Shown: piece by piece, positions 39,684 to 50,381 of the stretch
How positions within the stretch are numbered: the stretch's first letter is position 1
How the letters are laid out: each line of letters opens with the position of its first letter
NCBI GenBank assembly: GCA_963666055.2
Contig: CAXWPH010000015.1
Location: forward strand, 64,001 to 128,000
Source of the DNA: Acidobacteriota bacterium
Lineage (GTDB): Bacteria; Acidobacteriota; UBA890; WLXD01
DNA: 64,000 nt
Reading direction: 5' to 3'
Made by a program: the position numbers and the translations under genes
The notes under the pieces: model-generated
What the model saw: only the letters and a program-made list of their open reading frames with translations
The model's database searches: none
What the model was told of the DNA's origin: nothing

Positions 39684-40847
39684 CTAGTACGACCTCGGTA
39701 GCCCGAGGACGTGCTCGCCGATGTACGCGAGGATGAGGTTCGTCGATACCGGAGCCACCTGATACAGCAGCGTCTCCCGATACTTGCGCTCGACGTCGAA
39801 CTCCTCGGCGAAGCCGAAGCCACCGTGGGTTTGTAAGGCCACCCGGCCGGCCTCGGCGGAAGCGTCGGCGGCCAGTAACTTCGCCATGTTGGCCTCGGCT
39901 CCGCAAGGCTCACCGCAGTCGAACAGCTTGGCGGCACAATAGCGCATCAGGTCGGCGGCCTCGAGATCGGCGTAGACGCGGGCAAGAGGAAACTGGATCC
40001 CCTGGTTCTGCCCGATGGGGCGGCCAAACACGACGCGCTCGCTCGCGTACCGGCACGAGCGCTCGACGAACCAGCGGGCGTCTCCGATGCACTCCGCGGC
40101 GATCAGGATGCGCTCGGCGTTCCAGCCATCGAGGATGTAGCGGAATCCCTTGTCCTGCTCGCCGACAAGCGCATCCAGCGGGACTTCCAGGTCATCGATG
40201 AACAGCTCGGTCGTCTGGTGGTTCATCATCGTGCGCAGGGGTCGAACCGTGATGCCCTTACCGATGGCTTCCCTGAGGTCGACGAGCAGCACCGACAGCC
40301 CGTCGGTGCGCTTGGCCACCTCTGTAGCGGGAGTGGTTCGCACCAGCAACAGCATGAGGTCCGAGTACTCGACCCGCGAGATGAATACCTTCTGCCCGTT
40401 GACCACATAACGGTCACCCTGGCGTACGGCGGTGGTTTTGAGCTGCGTCGTGTCGGAGCCCGTCGTCGGCTCGGTTACGCCGAACGCCTGCAGGCGGAGC
40501 GCGCCGCTGGCGATGTCGGGTAGGTACTTGGCCTTCTGAGCCTCTGAGCCGTGCCGCAGCAGCGTGCCCATGATGTACATCTGGGCGTGGCAGGCGGCGG
40601 CGTTGCCCCCGGAACGGTTCGTCTCCTCGAGGATGATGCTGGCCTCCAGCACCCCCAGGCCCGAGCCGCCATACTCTTCAGGAATCAGCGCCGCCAGCCA
40701 ACCACCTCGGGTAAGCGCAGCGACAAACTCCTCCGGGTACCTGAGCTCGGCATCGACCTGACGCCAGTACTCGTCGGGGTAGTCGCTGCAGAGCTCGCGA
40801 ACCGCTTGCCGGATCTGCTCTTGTTCGGAACTCAGGCGTTGTGCCAT
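39684..40847 (-). CDS. Acyl-CoA dehydrogenase (methylsuccinyl-CoA dehydrogenase-like)
   Basis: CHAQMY, LRLQAFGVTEPTTGSDT, NAERILIAAECIGD, QTHGGFGFAEEFDVERKYRE. Confidence 0.9.
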   Translation of the reverse strand: MAQRLSSEQEQIRQAVRELCSDYPDEYWRQVDAELRYPEEFVAALTRGGWLAALIPEEYGGSGLGVLEASIILEETNRSGGNAAACHAQMYIMGTLLRHGSEAQKAKYLPDIASGALRLQAFGVTEPTTGSDTTQLKTTAVRQGDRYVVNGQKVFISRVEYSDLMLLLVRTTPATEVAKRTDGLSVLLVDLREAIGKGITVRPLRTMMNHQTTELFIDDLEVPLDALVGEQDKGFRYILDGWNAERILIAAECIGDARWFVERSCRYASERVVFGRPIGQNQGIQFPLARVYADLEAADLMRYCAAKLFDCGEPCGAEANMAKLLAADASAEAGRVALQTHGGFGFAEEFDVERKYRETLLYQVAPVSTNLILAYIGEHVLGLPRSY

Positions 40848-40890
40848 CGGTCGGGGGTGGAGGCCGCCCTCGGTCCAGTCCGCGCGGCGG

Positions 40891-40899
40891 TGCTAATCT
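40891..40899 (+). promoter_or_regulatory. Possible extended -10 promoter (TGcTAATCT) in the divergent intergenic region
   Basis: TGn plus TAATCT 40 bp upstream of the MmgE/PrpD start. Confidence 0.3.
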
Positions 40900-40938
40900 A
40901 GCAGACTCTCGACCAAAGGAACGCGGAAGCAAGGGACG

Positions 40939-42291
40939 ATGGGCGCAGCCTCCCTGACCGAGCAGCTGGCGCGGCAGCTTGTGGGCACTAGGGAGCGCGG
41001 CATCCCCTCCGCTGCGGTCGCCATTGCGCCCACCTACGTGATCGATTGGCTGGGTTCGGTGCTGGCCGGCACTGCGACCGAGGCCGGCGGCATGCTCGTG
41101 GAACACGCCAGACAGCGCCCCGAGGCCGCGGCAAGCGTTCTGGGAACGGAGCTCCGACGCTCCCCGGAGGTAGCTGCTCTTGTAAACGGTGGGTTGTCAC
41201 ACATCGTCGAGATGGACGACCTTCACCGCGCCTCGGTGCTTCACCCGGGCACCGTGGTGATTCCGGCAGCGCTTGCCGCCGCCGAGACAACCGACGCCAG
41301 CGGTGGCGATTTCCTGGCGGCCGTCGTCGCCGGCTACGAGGTTGCGATCCGAATCGGTGAGGCGGTGGGCAAGCGCCACTACCACTACTTTCACAACACC
41401 GCCACATGCGGTGTGTTCGGCGCCGCAGCCGCGGCCGGCTGGCTGTTGGGTCTGGACGCAGATCAGATGGTCTGGGCGTTGGGTAACGCCGGCACGCAGG
41501 CTTGTGGCCTCTGGGAATTCAATGCCGACGGCGCCATGAGCAAGCATCTGCACGCCGGCCGCGCGGCGGCGGCCGGACTGGTTGCGGCGGAGCTTGGCGG
41601 CCGGGGGTTTACCGGCGCGAGACGGATCCTCGAAGGGGAGCGCGGCTTCTTCGCGGCCACGGCTCCAGACGCCGAGCCGGAGCGAGTGATCGAAGGGCTC
41701 GATAGCTGGGTCGATCATCCCCGAATCGAGGGTGTGTCGATCAAGCCGCACTCCAGCTGCCGCCACACACACGCCGGTATCGATGCGGCGCTCGACCTCC
41801 GCGCCGAGATCTCCGGACAGCAGCTAGACGCCATCGAAATCGGCACCTACCAGGCCTCCCTCGACCTGTGCGACAACCCGGAGCCGGTAGATCCCTACGC
41901 GGCAAAGTTCAGCTTGCAATACTGCATCGCCGCGGCGTTGACGTGGGGGCACGTATCTCCGGCGGATTTCAGCCCCGACTCGATTGCCGACCCCGCCGTG
42001 CGAGGCTTGCTCCCCAACATCTCGGTGGTTGCGGAGCCAGAGTTCGAGACCCTGTACCCGCGCCAATGGCCGGTGCGGTTGCGGGTGCGATCGACAGCGG
42101 GAGGCTCATGGGAACGACACGTGAGCTCGCCGAAGGGAGATCCGGAGAACCCTCTGTCTGACGGCGAGCTGGAGACGAAATTCCGGCAGCTTGCCGCCTC
42201 GGGTGGCCACGCGATCGACGCTAACGGCTTCTTGCAGTGGGTTCGGAGCCTCGATGCTGGCGGCGCGCTCACCCCGCCGCGCGCATCGTAG
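40939..42291 (+). CDS. MmgE/PrpD family protein
   Basis: HIVEMDDLH..HPG, KHLHAGRAA, LEGERGF, KPHSSCRHTH, AKFS, PKGDPENPLS. Confidence 0.92.
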   Translation: MGAASLTEQLARQLVGTRERGIPSAAVAIAPTYVIDWLGSVLAGTATEAGGMLVEHARQRPEAAASVLGTELRRSPEVAALVNGGLSHIVEMDDLHRASVLHPGTVVIPAALAAAETTDASGGDFLAAVVAGYEVAIRIGEAVGKRHYHYFHNTATCGVFGAAAAAGWLLGLDADQMVWALGNAGTQACGLWEFNADGAMSKHLHAGRAAAAGLVAAELGGRGFTGARRILEGERGFFAATAPDAEPERVIEGLDSWVDHPRIEGVSIKPHSSCRHTHAGIDAALDLRAEISGQQLDAIEIGTYQASLDLCDNPEPVDPYAAKFSLQYCIAAALTWGHVSPADFSPDSIADPAVRGLLPNISVVAEPEFETLYPRQWPVRLRVRSTAGGSWERHVSSPKGDPENPLSDGELETKFRQLAASGGHAIDANGFLQWVRSLDAGGALTPPRAS

Positions 42292-42306
42292 GCCGAGGCT
42301 TCGGTC

Positions 42307-43191
42307 TCAGGCGCTACCCAGTCCGAGCTCCTGGCGCGCCTGGTCGGGGTCGAGCACCTTCCCGCCAAGCTCCTCGATGATGCGCACCGCTTTCTCGACC
42401 AGCTCGCCGTTGCTGGCCAGCACGCCGCGGCTCAGGTAGAGGTTGTCTTCGAGGCCGACACGTACGTGGCCACCGAGGAGAATTGCCTGAGCGACCATCG
42501 GCATTTGTTGGCGACCGACACCGAACGCGAACCACTTGGAACCTGTCGGCAACTCGTTGCGCATCGCCAGCATCGACTCGGCGTCGGCGCCAGCGCCCCA
42601 CGCCAGCCCGAGACAGATCTGGAACACGGGGGGGTCATCCACCAGCCCTTGGTCTCGCAGGTACTTGGCGCAGCGGATCTGGCCGAGATCGAAGACCTCG
42701 AGCTCCGGCTTGACGCCGATCTGCTGGCAGCGCTCGGCCATGATCTCGAGGTTGGCGGTGGTGTTGATATATACCTCGTGCCCGAGGCCGAAGTTCATGC
42801 TGCCGCAATCGAGGCTGCAGATCTCGGGACGCAGCTCCTCGATGTGGGCCAGCCGCTCGAGCGGGCCGACGAGGTCGGTTCCGGGCCCGGGTACGGCCGG
42901 GTCGCCCTCGCCGGGAACGAAGTCGCCACCCATTCCCGAGGTCAAGTTGATGATCACTTCAGGGTTCCGTTCGCGCACCTGCTCGACGACCTCGCGGTAC
43001 AGATCGGTATTGCGGCTTCCTTTGCCGGTCGCGGGATCCCGCACGTGAACGTGCACCACGGCGGCGCCCGCATTCGCCGCCTCGATGCAGGCATCGACAA
43101 TCTGATCCGGGGTGACCGGCACGCCCGGGTGCTTGTCGAGTGTGTCACCGGCACCGGTAACGGCGCAGGTGACGATCACGCCACTACTCAT
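42307..43191 (-). CDS. BKACE (DUF849) beta-keto acid cleavage enzyme, dehydrocarnitine-cleavage-like
   Basis: [52 protein letters not shown]; clustered with carnitine dehydrogenase. Confidence 0.9.
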   Translation of the reverse strand: MSSGVIVTCAVTGAGDTLDKHPGVPVTPDQIVDACIEAANAGAAVVHVHVRDPATGKGSRNTDLYREVVEQVRERNPEVIINLTSGMGGDFVPGEGDPAVPGPGTDLVGPLERLAHIEELRPEICSLDCGSMNFGLGHEVYINTTANLEIMAERCQQIGVKPELEVFDLGQIRCAKYLRDQGLVDDPPVFQICLGLAWGAGADAESMLAMRNELPTGSKWFAFGVGRQQMPMVAQAILLGGHVRVGLEDNLYLSRGVLASNGELVEKAVRIIEELGGKVLDPDQARQELGLGSA

Positions 43192-45275
43192 GATGTTGCC
43201 TCACCCTCGGGCTCCCGCAGAGACATTCGAATCAACGCGTCGGCAACGACAACACCGCTGCCGTCAGGAAGAACCATGAGCGGGTTGATGTCGAGCTCCA
43301 CGAGGGTATCCCAATGGTCGGTGGCGAACTCCGCCACCGAGACGATGGCATCGATCGCCGCATTCCGGTCGCCCGCCGGCGCGCCGCGGAACCCGTCGAG
43401 CAGCCGTGCCACTTTGAGCGATGACAGGGCAGCATCTATCGTCTGCCGGTCGGTTGGGAGCAGCAGCACGGCGGTTTCGGCTAGCAGCTCCACCAGCGCG
43501 CCGCCCGTACCGATCACCATGCTAGGGCCGAATTGCGCGTCCCGCTTCACCCCCACGAGAAGCTCGACCACGGCGCCTTCTACCATCCGCTCGACCAGGA
43601 AACGCTCCGGCCGCTCACCGCGATCGACAGTCGCCTTGGTGATCGCCGCAACCGCGGCCACCACGTCGGCATCGGTATGCAGGTCGAGCACCACCGCGCC
43701 AAGCTCGGACTTGTGGGCAAACTCCGCCCCCAGCGCCTTTACCGCCACCGGGTATCCGATGCGTGCGGCGATGCTAGCCGTCTCCGCAGCCTGGCCGACA
43801 TCGCCAGCGGGCAACACCAGCCCATAGGTACGCAGCCGCTGCTTGCTCTCCCACTCGTCAAGAAGCGCCGCATCGGTCGGCACACCGGTGGACAGCGCTA
43901 CCGCACGACGCGCTTGTCGGTGCCCACGCGGATAGGCGGCCGCAGCAGCAAGAGCGAAGAGCGCATCGTCTAGCCCCTGCAGCGGAGTGACCCCGCAGTC
44001 GATCAGCCGCTCGCGGAGCACCCGGGGCAGCAGCTCGGTGATCGTGCAGACGACGAACGCCGACATGCCGGTAGCTCGATGTGCCGCCACAAAGGCATCC
44101 ACGGCGGTGGTCCACTCGTCGACCTCTTCCGCCTGCACCGTCGGATGGTCGTAAATGAGCAGGGCCGCGTCATGCACGCCGCGCATCGACGTTGTGAAGC
44201 AGCGCTCCTGGGCGGCTCTGTCGCCCCATATGGAGGTGTTGTAGTCGAATGGGTTCGAGACGGTCACGTAATTGGCGAACTCGGCCTCGAGGTCGCAACG
44301 TTGTGCCTCCGTAAACGGTGATGTGCGGAGCCCGTGTTCGTCGGTCAGGTCGGCGAGGATGGCGGCCTCACCTCCCGAGCACGAAAGCGTCACTACATCG
44401 TTGCCGCGCAGCGGGCCCGACACGTCGAACACCTTGAGGGTCTCGAGCAGCTGGTTCAGCGAGCTCACCCGAACGACCCCCAGGCGTTTGAAGTAGGCAT
44501 CGACCAGCGCGTCCGAGCCGGTGACTGAGCTGGTGTGTGTGCTGGCGCGCTCGGCGGCCGCGTCGGTGCGTCCCACCTTCAAGACCACCACTGGCACTCC
44601 CAGGTCCAGGGCACGCAGCGCCGCTCGCTGGAAGCGGTCGACATCGTCCAGGCCCTCCAGGTACATGCCGACGGCACGCACACGGCGATCGTCCAGCAGC
44701 GCGTCGAGATAGTCTCCGGGCGCCAGAACGGCCTGGTTCCCGGTACCGATTACATGGGTAAACCTCACGGATCGCTGATTCATCGTGAGGTTCATGGCGA
44801 TGTTGCCGCTCTGGGAGATCAGCGCCACGCCCTGTTCAACGTGCCCACCGCCGAACAGGTAGGGCCAGAGCGCGCAGTCCTCGACCAGGTTCAGGAAGCC
44901 AAAGGTGTTGGGGCCGACCAGCGGCATGTCGTCCGCCGCTTCGACGAGGCGATCCTGAACCTCCTGCCCCTCGTCGCCCATCTCGGCGAACCCGGCCGCG
45001 TAGCATACGCAGCCGCCCGCGCCCATCGTCGCGAGGCGCGCCACGAGGTCGACGGTGAGATCACGGTTGACCCCGACATAAGCGGCGTCGGGCACCTGGG
45101 GCAGGGATTCGAGAGTCGGGTAGCATCGAACGCCCGCCACCGTCTGACGCTCGGGATGTACCGGCATGATCTCGCCGGCGAAACCGAGCTCCTGGCACCG
45201 CCGGATCGCCATCTCCGCAATCCGCCCGCCAACGAACGCCACGCTTCGTGGCGACAGCAGGCGCCTCAGGTCCAT
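43188..45275 (-). CDS. Acetate-CoA ligase (ADP-forming) family acyl-CoA synthetase
   Basis: CoA-binding N-terminus, VGPN, SQSG, HT phospho-His region, [17 protein letters not shown]-grasp, ELDINPL. Confidence 0.9.
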   Translation of the reverse strand: MDLRRLLSPRSVAFVGGRIAEMAIRRCQELGFAGEIMPVHPERQTVAGVRCYPTLESLPQVPDAAYVGVNRDLTVDLVARLATMGAGGCVCYAAGFAEMGDEGQEVQDRLVEAADDMPLVGPNTFGFLNLVEDCALWPYLFGGGHVEQGVALISQSGNIAMNLTMNQRSVRFTHVIGTGNQAVLAPGDYLDALLDDRRVRAVGMYLEGLDDVDRFQRAALRALDLGVPVVVLKVGRTDAAAERASTHTSSVTGSDALVDAYFKRLGVVRVSSLNQLLETLKVFDVSGPLRGNDVVTLSCSGGEAAILADLTDEHGLRTSPFTEAQRCDLEAEFANYVTVSNPFDYNTSIWGDRAAQERCFTTSMRGVHDAALLIYDHPTVQAEEVDEWTTAVDAFVAAHRATGMSAFVVCTITELLPRVLRERLIDCGVTPLQGLDDALFALAAAAAYPRGHRQARRAVALSTGVPTDAALLDEWESKQRLRTYGLVLPAGDVGQAAETASIAARIGYPVAVKALGAEFAHKSELGAVVLDLHTDADVVAAVAAITKATVDRGERPERFLVERMVEGAVVELLVGVKRDAQFGPSMVIGTGGALVELLAETAVLLLPTDRQTIDAALSSLKVARLLDGFRGAPAGDRNAAIDAIVSVAEFATDHWDTLVELDINPLMVLPDGSGVVVADALIRMSLREPEGEATS

Positions 45276-45281
45276 CCGGCG

Positions 45282-46082
45282 CTACTCGCTCTTGAAGGTG
45301 GGATCACGTTTCTCGACGAAAGCGCTGACCCCTTCCTTGGCGTCCTCGGAGGTCATCATCCGCTCGTAGTGTTCGAAGTTGCCCTCGCGCAGCGCTTCGT
45401 AGGCACGTCGGGGTGCCAGACCCTCCAGGCCTGAGGTCACCTGTTTCATCGCTTGCACCGCCAGGGGAGCCACCTCGGCAATCCGATCTGCCCACTGGCG
45501 CGCCTTGTCCATCAGCTCGGACGGCTCGACCACCGCGTTCACCAGCCCGAGGCCGGCCGCTTCGTCGGCAGTGAGCCAGCGCCCCAGGTAGAGCATCTCC
45601 ATGGCGATGTTGTGGGGCAGCCGCCGCGGCAGGCGCTGCACGGCACCGGCGTCGGGCACCAACCCGAGGGGAAGCTCTGGTAATCGGAAGCTCATGTGAC
45701 TCGCTGCCACCAGGAGATCACAAGCAAGCGCGAGCTCGAACCCGCCGCCGATGGCGTGCCCATTGAGCGCACCGATCACCGGCTTGTGCAGGTCCCAGAG
45801 CTCGGTCAACCCGGCGAATCCGCCGGGACCGTAGTCGGCCTCCCACCAGCGCTCAAACGGCATGTCACCGGCGTCGAGAGCCTTCAGGTCCCAGCCGGCG
45901 CAGAAGATCTTCTCGCCACCCCCGGTGACGATGCCGACTCGGAGGTCGGGATCATCGCGTAGCTCCGCGAACGCCTCGCCGAGAGCAACGCTGGTGGGTA
46001 GATCGATGGCGTTGACCGGTGGTCGATCGAGGGTGACCTCCAGCACGCCGCCTCGTCTCACGACGGCAACGGCTTCACTCAT
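45282..46082 (-). CDS. caiD: Carnitinyl/crotonobetainyl-CoA hydratase (CaiD-like crotonase)
   Basis: LEVTLDRP..NAID, FCAGWDLKA, DYGPGGFAGLTE, GGGFELAL. Confidence 0.8.
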   Translation of the reverse strand: MSEAVAVVRRGGVLEVTLDRPPVNAIDLPTSVALGEAFAELRDDPDLRVGIVTGGGEKIFCAGWDLKALDAGDMPFERWWEADYGPGGFAGLTELWDLHKPVIGALNGHAIGGGFELALACDLLVAASHMSFRLPELPLGLVPDAGAVQRLPRRLPHNIAMEMLYLGRWLTADEAAGLGLVNAVVEPSELMDKARQWADRIAEVAPLAVQAMKQVTSGLEGLAPRRAYEALREGNFEHYERMMTSEDAKEGVSAFVEKRDPTFKSE

Positions 46083-47037
46083 CAGTGCCCTCCGAATTGC
46101 GCCGATCGAGGGCTCTGATGATCTCGATCAGGCTGTCGTCGCGCTCCCGGATAAGCTCCGCGATGCTACGACCGTTAGCTTCTTCATCGCAGCCGTCGAT
46201 CATGCGGCGGCGTAGATCATCGGTCAGCTCGGGAGCTTCGAGCCGCGTCCACGGCCACTTCAAGGCAGGACCGAACTGGTCGAGCACGTGCGCCATTCCG
46301 CCCTCGCCACCGCCAACGTGGAACGCCATCCCCGGTCCCATGATTGCCCAGCGCAGCCCTGGTCCGGCGATAATCGCTTCGTCGATCTCCTGCACCGTCG
46401 CCTCGTCGTTGGCCACCATGTGGAGCATCTCGCGCCACATTGCCTCCTGCAGCCGGGCGGCTATGAAGCCCGGAAGCTCCTTCCGAAGCTTCACGACACG
46501 CTTGCCGACGGCCGAGTAAAAGTCGGCGGCACGGTCGACCGCCGCGGTGCTCGTTTGCCGTCCACCGACCACCTCCACCAGAGGAATCAGGTAGGGCGGA
46601 TTGAACGGATGCCCGACGACGGTGCGCTCGGGATGTACACAGGCAATCTGCATCTCGGACATCGACAGGCCGGAGGTGCTCGACAGCAACAACGTGTCCG
46701 GCTTCGCAGCCGCGTCCATGCGGCAGAATACGTCGATCTTCGATTCGAGGTCCTCCGGGGTGCTTTCCTGAACCACATCGACGTCTGCGGCCGCGGCCTC
46801 CAGGGTGTCGACGAACCTGAGCCGCCGCAACGAGGCACCCGGCTCGAGACCGAGCTTCTCGAGCGCCGGCCAGGCGATCTCGGTCAGACGGTCGAAACGC
46901 GCACGAGCTTCCGGATGCGGGTCGAAGGCGACTACGTCCAGTCCCTGGGCGAGAAAGTGCAGCGCCCAGCCGCCGCCGATCACGCCGGTACCGACGATTC
47001 CGACAGCCGAGACCGGGGGCGCCTCGAGCGTCGTCAC
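46075..47037 (-). CDS. L-carnitine dehydrogenase-like 3-hydroxyacyl-CoA dehydrogenase family protein
   Basis: GTGVIGGGW, SSTSG, HPFNPPYLIPLVE, RLQEAMWRE, GPGLRWA, QFGPALKWPWTRLEAPELT. Confidence 0.88.
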   Translation of the reverse strand: MTTLEAPPVSAVGIVGTGVIGGGWALHFLAQGLDVVAFDPHPEARARFDRLTEIAWPALEKLGLEPGASLRRLRFVDTLEAAAADVDVVQESTPEDLESKIDVFCRMDAAAKPDTLLLSSTSGLSMSEMQIACVHPERTVVGHPFNPPYLIPLVEVVGGRQTSTAAVDRAADFYSAVGKRVVKLRKELPGFIAARLQEAMWREMLHMVANDEATVQEIDEAIIAGPGLRWAIMGPGMAFHVGGGEGGMAHVLDQFGPALKWPWTRLEAPELTDDLRRRMIDGCDEEANGRSIAELIRERDDSLIEIIRALDRRNSEGTDE

Positions 47038-47077
47038 CGCAATGCCACCCGCGGCGGGCGCCAGCCAGTGCCCCTGA

Positions 47078-47494
47078 TCATGCTTCAGTCGGTCCCGGTG
47101 CCGTCCGTATCGGCCGGTAGGCGACGACCTCGACCTCTACCCGAACGTCGACCAGTAGATCACTGACGACGGCCGATCGAGCGGGCGGCTCTGCCGGGAA
47201 ATATTCACCGTAAACAGCGTTGAACCCAGCGAAGTCAGCCCGGTCGCGCATCCATACCGTCGACTTCACGACATCCGCGAGAACGCATCCGGCCTCCCCC
47301 AGCGTACCCTTGATCAGATCAAGCACGATCCTCGTTTGATCTTCAATCGAGCCAGCAGTAACCACTTCGCCGTTGCGGATCGGGATCTGCCCGGCCAGAA
47401 AGACGAAATCACCGGCACGAATCGCCGTCGAGACCGACAGCTTGCGACCGTCGATGCTGACGGCGCCCCCGACCACCTGTCGTCCAGTGCTCAA
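47078..47494 (-). CDS. RidA/YjgF family protein
   Basis: GDFVFLAGQ, DVVKSTVW, FNAVYGEYF..PPARS, VEVEVVAY; GAGGAGG RBS. Confidence 0.9.
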   Translation of the reverse strand: MSTGRQVVGGAVSIDGRKLSVSTAIRAGDFVFLAGQIPIRNGEVVTAGSIEDQTRIVLDLIKGTLGEAGCVLADVVKSTVWMRDRADFAGFNAVYGEYFPAEPPARSAVVSDLLVDVRVEVEVVAYRPIRTAPGPTEA

Positions 47495-47719
47495 TCGCCA
47501 GCCTCCTCAGTCGGCCCCACGGTGGATCTCGCTCGGGCGCGGGCCCCTCATCTTATGCGTGGGGTCCCTCGACGTCACTTGATGTAAGCGCGATCAGGAT
47601 GCACAACTAGTGGCCTGTAACAGATGATCGTTGCATATCGTGGCGAGCGCGACCGGGGCGAGTCCGCGGAGCGGCCGAGGACGGCGATGTTCGTACATCG
47701 CCGAGGAGCTGCGACATCG

Positions 47720-49276
47720 ATGGAGCCCCCGGAAATCAACCAACCAATGATTCGTAACGTACCGGTCGAAGGCCCGGCAATCGATCGCGTGATGTTCACC
47801 GTGGTCATCGTCGTGGTCGCCGCCGCCTGCGTTCCGCTCGGGCTCATGCCGGAGCGCGCCACGGCATTCGTCTCCGATCTGTACGACGGCATCACGCACA
47901 ACTTCGGCTTCCTCTACCAGTGGTGCGCCATCGGCACGATCCTGTTCATGATCTGGCTGGCGACTGGCCGCTTCGCTCACGTGCGGCTGGGGGGAGCCGG
48001 CGAGCGGCCGGATTTCTCCACGTTCTCATGGGCGGGCATGTTGTTTTGCGCCGGCACCGGCGCGTCGCTGCTGGTCTGGGGAGGCGTGGAGTGGATCACC
48101 TACTACAACGCTCCGCCGTTCGGAGCTGAGCCCCGCTCCGTCGAGGCCATCGAATGGGCCACCGCCTACGGCCCATTTCACTGGGGCGTGACCGCCTGGA
48201 GCCTGTACGCCCTGGCGACCATCGCCATCGCCTATCCGTTCTACGTGCAGCGCGTGCCGCATCTGTGCGCCAGCACTTCGTGGCACGCTTTGCTCGGACC
48301 CGAGGGCCATCGCAGCATCGTTGGGCGCGCCGTCAACTTGGCCGCCATGCTGGGCCTTCTGGGCGGTGCCGGCACCTCGCTGGGGCTCATCGCGCCGATG
48401 ATCGCCGCCGTCACCGCCGAGCTCTTCGGCGTCGAGCCGTCGTTCGCCCTGGAGACGGGGGTGGTGGTCTTCTGCGTCGGGCTGTTCGGGATCAGCGTCT
48501 ACCTGGGCCTCGAACGGGGCATCAAGCGGCTCAGCGACCTCAACGTCGTGCTGGCGTTGCTATTCCTCGCCTACATCCTTCTGGTGGGACCGACGCTGTT
48601 CATCCTCAAGACCGCTACCGACACCGTGGGCTTCATGGCTCAGAACTTCGTCCGCATGATGACCTGGACCGATGCCGTTGAGTCGACGGGCTTCGTGGAG
48701 GCCTGGACCATTTTCTACTGGGCCTGGTGGATCGCCTTCGCCCCGGTGATCGGGATCTTCGTGACTCGCATCTCGCGCGGACGGACCATACGGCAGGTCA
48801 TCGTATCGATGATCTTCTTCGGTACGCTGGGCTGTTGGGTCTTCTACTTCGTGATGGGCAACTACGCCCTGTATCTGGAGCTGGAGAACATGCTCCCGCT
48901 GAGCGCGATACTGGCGGACAGCGGCATGAACGCCGCCACGGCACAGATCGTCGCGTCGCTGCCGTACGGTGCCCTGGCGCTCGCCGTGCTGGCTGTGGTC
49001 AGCAGCGTGTCGGTGGCCACAACGTACGATTCGGCGTCGTATACGCTCGCCGCAACGGTCACCGCCGAGCTCGGGCCGAACCAGAACCCGACCCGCGGGC
49101 ATCGTCTGTTCTGGGCGCTGGTCATCGGCGTGCTGCCGATCTTCATGATGCTCGTCGGCGGCCTTCAGGTAATTCGCCTGGGGGTATTGATCGGGTCGTT
49201 CCCGGTGTTGTTTATTGGCATCGGCATGGCCATCTCGCTGGTCAAGTCGCTGAACCAGTCGGTGGAGACGAGATGA
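47720..49276 (+). CDS. BCCT-family betaine/carnitine/choline transporter
   Basis: SWAGMLFCAG, FHWGVTAW, GIKRLSDLN, WTIFYWAWWIAFAP..ISRGRTIRQ; multiple TM segments. Confidence 0.93.
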   Translation: MEPPEINQPMIRNVPVEGPAIDRVMFTVVIVVVAAACVPLGLMPERATAFVSDLYDGITHNFGFLYQWCAIGTILFMIWLATGRFAHVRLGGAGERPDFSTFSWAGMLFCAGTGASLLVWGGVEWITYYNAPPFGAEPRSVEAIEWATAYGPFHWGVTAWSLYALATIAIAYPFYVQRVPHLCASTSWHALLGPEGHRSIVGRAVNLAAMLGLLGGAGTSLGLIAPMIAAVTAELFGVEPSFALETGVVVFCVGLFGISVYLGLERGIKRLSDLNVVLALLFLAYILLVGPTLFILKTATDTVGFMAQNFVRMMTWTDAVESTGFVEAWTIFYWAWWIAFAPVIGIFVTRISRGRTIRQVIVSMIFFGTLGCWVFYFVMGNYALYLELENMLPLSAILADSGMNAATAQIVASLPYGALALAVLAVVSSVSVATTYDSASYTLAATVTAELGPNQNPTRGHRLFWALVIGVLPIFMMLVGGLQVIRLGVLIGSFPVLFIGIGMAISLVKSLNQSVETR

Positions 49277-50364
49277 GGGTCCTGGCAGAGTGCGGAAGAG
49301 CCCTTTGGTGTGGGGCGGTGCTCGTCGGGCTGGCCTTGCCCGTCATGGCACAGACCCAGTCCGACGACACCAAGCAATGGGTCATGCCGCGGACGCCCGA
49401 CGGCCATCCGGATCTGCAGGGCAACTGGACCAACGCGACGATTACCCCCATTCAGCGCCCCGAGGGTCAGGCCCCGGTGCTCGCCGCGGAGCAGGTCGCC
49501 GAGATCGAAGGGCGTCGGCAGGGCCGGATCGATTCACGCGCCCAGCCCAGCGACCCTGACCGCCAGGCGCCGCCGGTGGGTGGCGATGGCTCGACTGGAG
49601 CCGCAGGCGGGGTGGGAGGCTACAACTACTTCTACATTGATGCCGGCGACCGGGTGGCCGTCTTCAACGGCAAGCCGCGAAGCTCATTGGTGGTGGATCC
49701 CGCGGACGGCCGGTTTCCGCCGCTGACGCGCGCCGCGCAGGAGACGCGTAAGGAGGCCGCCGCGCGGCGAGCCGAGTTCGGCGACTACGACAACCCGGAG
49801 AACCGGCCGCTCGGCGAACGCTGCCTCAAGTCGTTCGGCTCCAATGCCGGCCCACCGATGCTTCCCAACTATTTCTACAACAACAGCTACACCATCGTGC
49901 AGACCGCCGATCACGTGATGATCATGACCGAGATGGTGCACGATGTGCGGATCATCAGGCTGGGCGAGCCTACCCCACTGGCGGAGCACATCCGCCCATG
50001 GATGGGTGACTCGTGGGGTTGGTGGGAAGGCGACACGCTGGTCGTCGAGACCACCAATCTCCCCTCGAAGCAGATCAACGGGCAGCTGTGGATCTACCCC
50101 GGCGGCTCCGAGGACATGAAGGTAACCGAGCGCTTCACCCGGGCCGACGAGCAGACGATCAACTACCAATTCACGGTGCACGACCCCAACACCTACACGC
50201 GTCCGTGGAGTGGGGAGGTGCCGTTCAAAGCGCTTGGCGACCTGGTCTATGAATATGCGTGCCACGAGGCGAACTACGCACTCTTCAACGTGCTGAGCGG
50301 GGCGCGCGCCCAGGAACGCGCCGCGGCGGAGAAGGGCCCGGAACCGAGCAGTCGCCCAGATTGA
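49273..50364 (+). CDS. Conserved secreted hypothetical protein
   Basis: Signal peptide; PRTPDGHPDLQGNWTN, GDSWGWWEGDTLVVETTN, YEYACHE. Confidence 0.8.
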   Translation: MRVLAECGRALWCGAVLVGLALPVMAQTQSDDTKQWVMPRTPDGHPDLQGNWTNATITPIQRPEGQAPVLAAEQVAEIEGRRQGRIDSRAQPSDPDRQAPPVGGDGSTGAAGGVGGYNYFYIDAGDRVAVFNGKPRSSLVVDPADGRFPPLTRAAQETRKEAAARRAEFGDYDNPENRPLGERCLKSFGSNAGPPMLPNYFYNNSYTIVQTADHVMIMTEMVHDVRIIRLGEPTPLAEHIRPWMGDSWGWWEGDTLVVETTNLPSKQINGQLWIYPGGSEDMKVTERFTRADEQTINYQFTVHDPNTYTRPWSGEVPFKALGDLVYEYACHEANYALFNVLSGARAQERAAAEKGPEPSSRPD

Positions 50365-50381
50365 GGGTTGCGGGGACCCGC

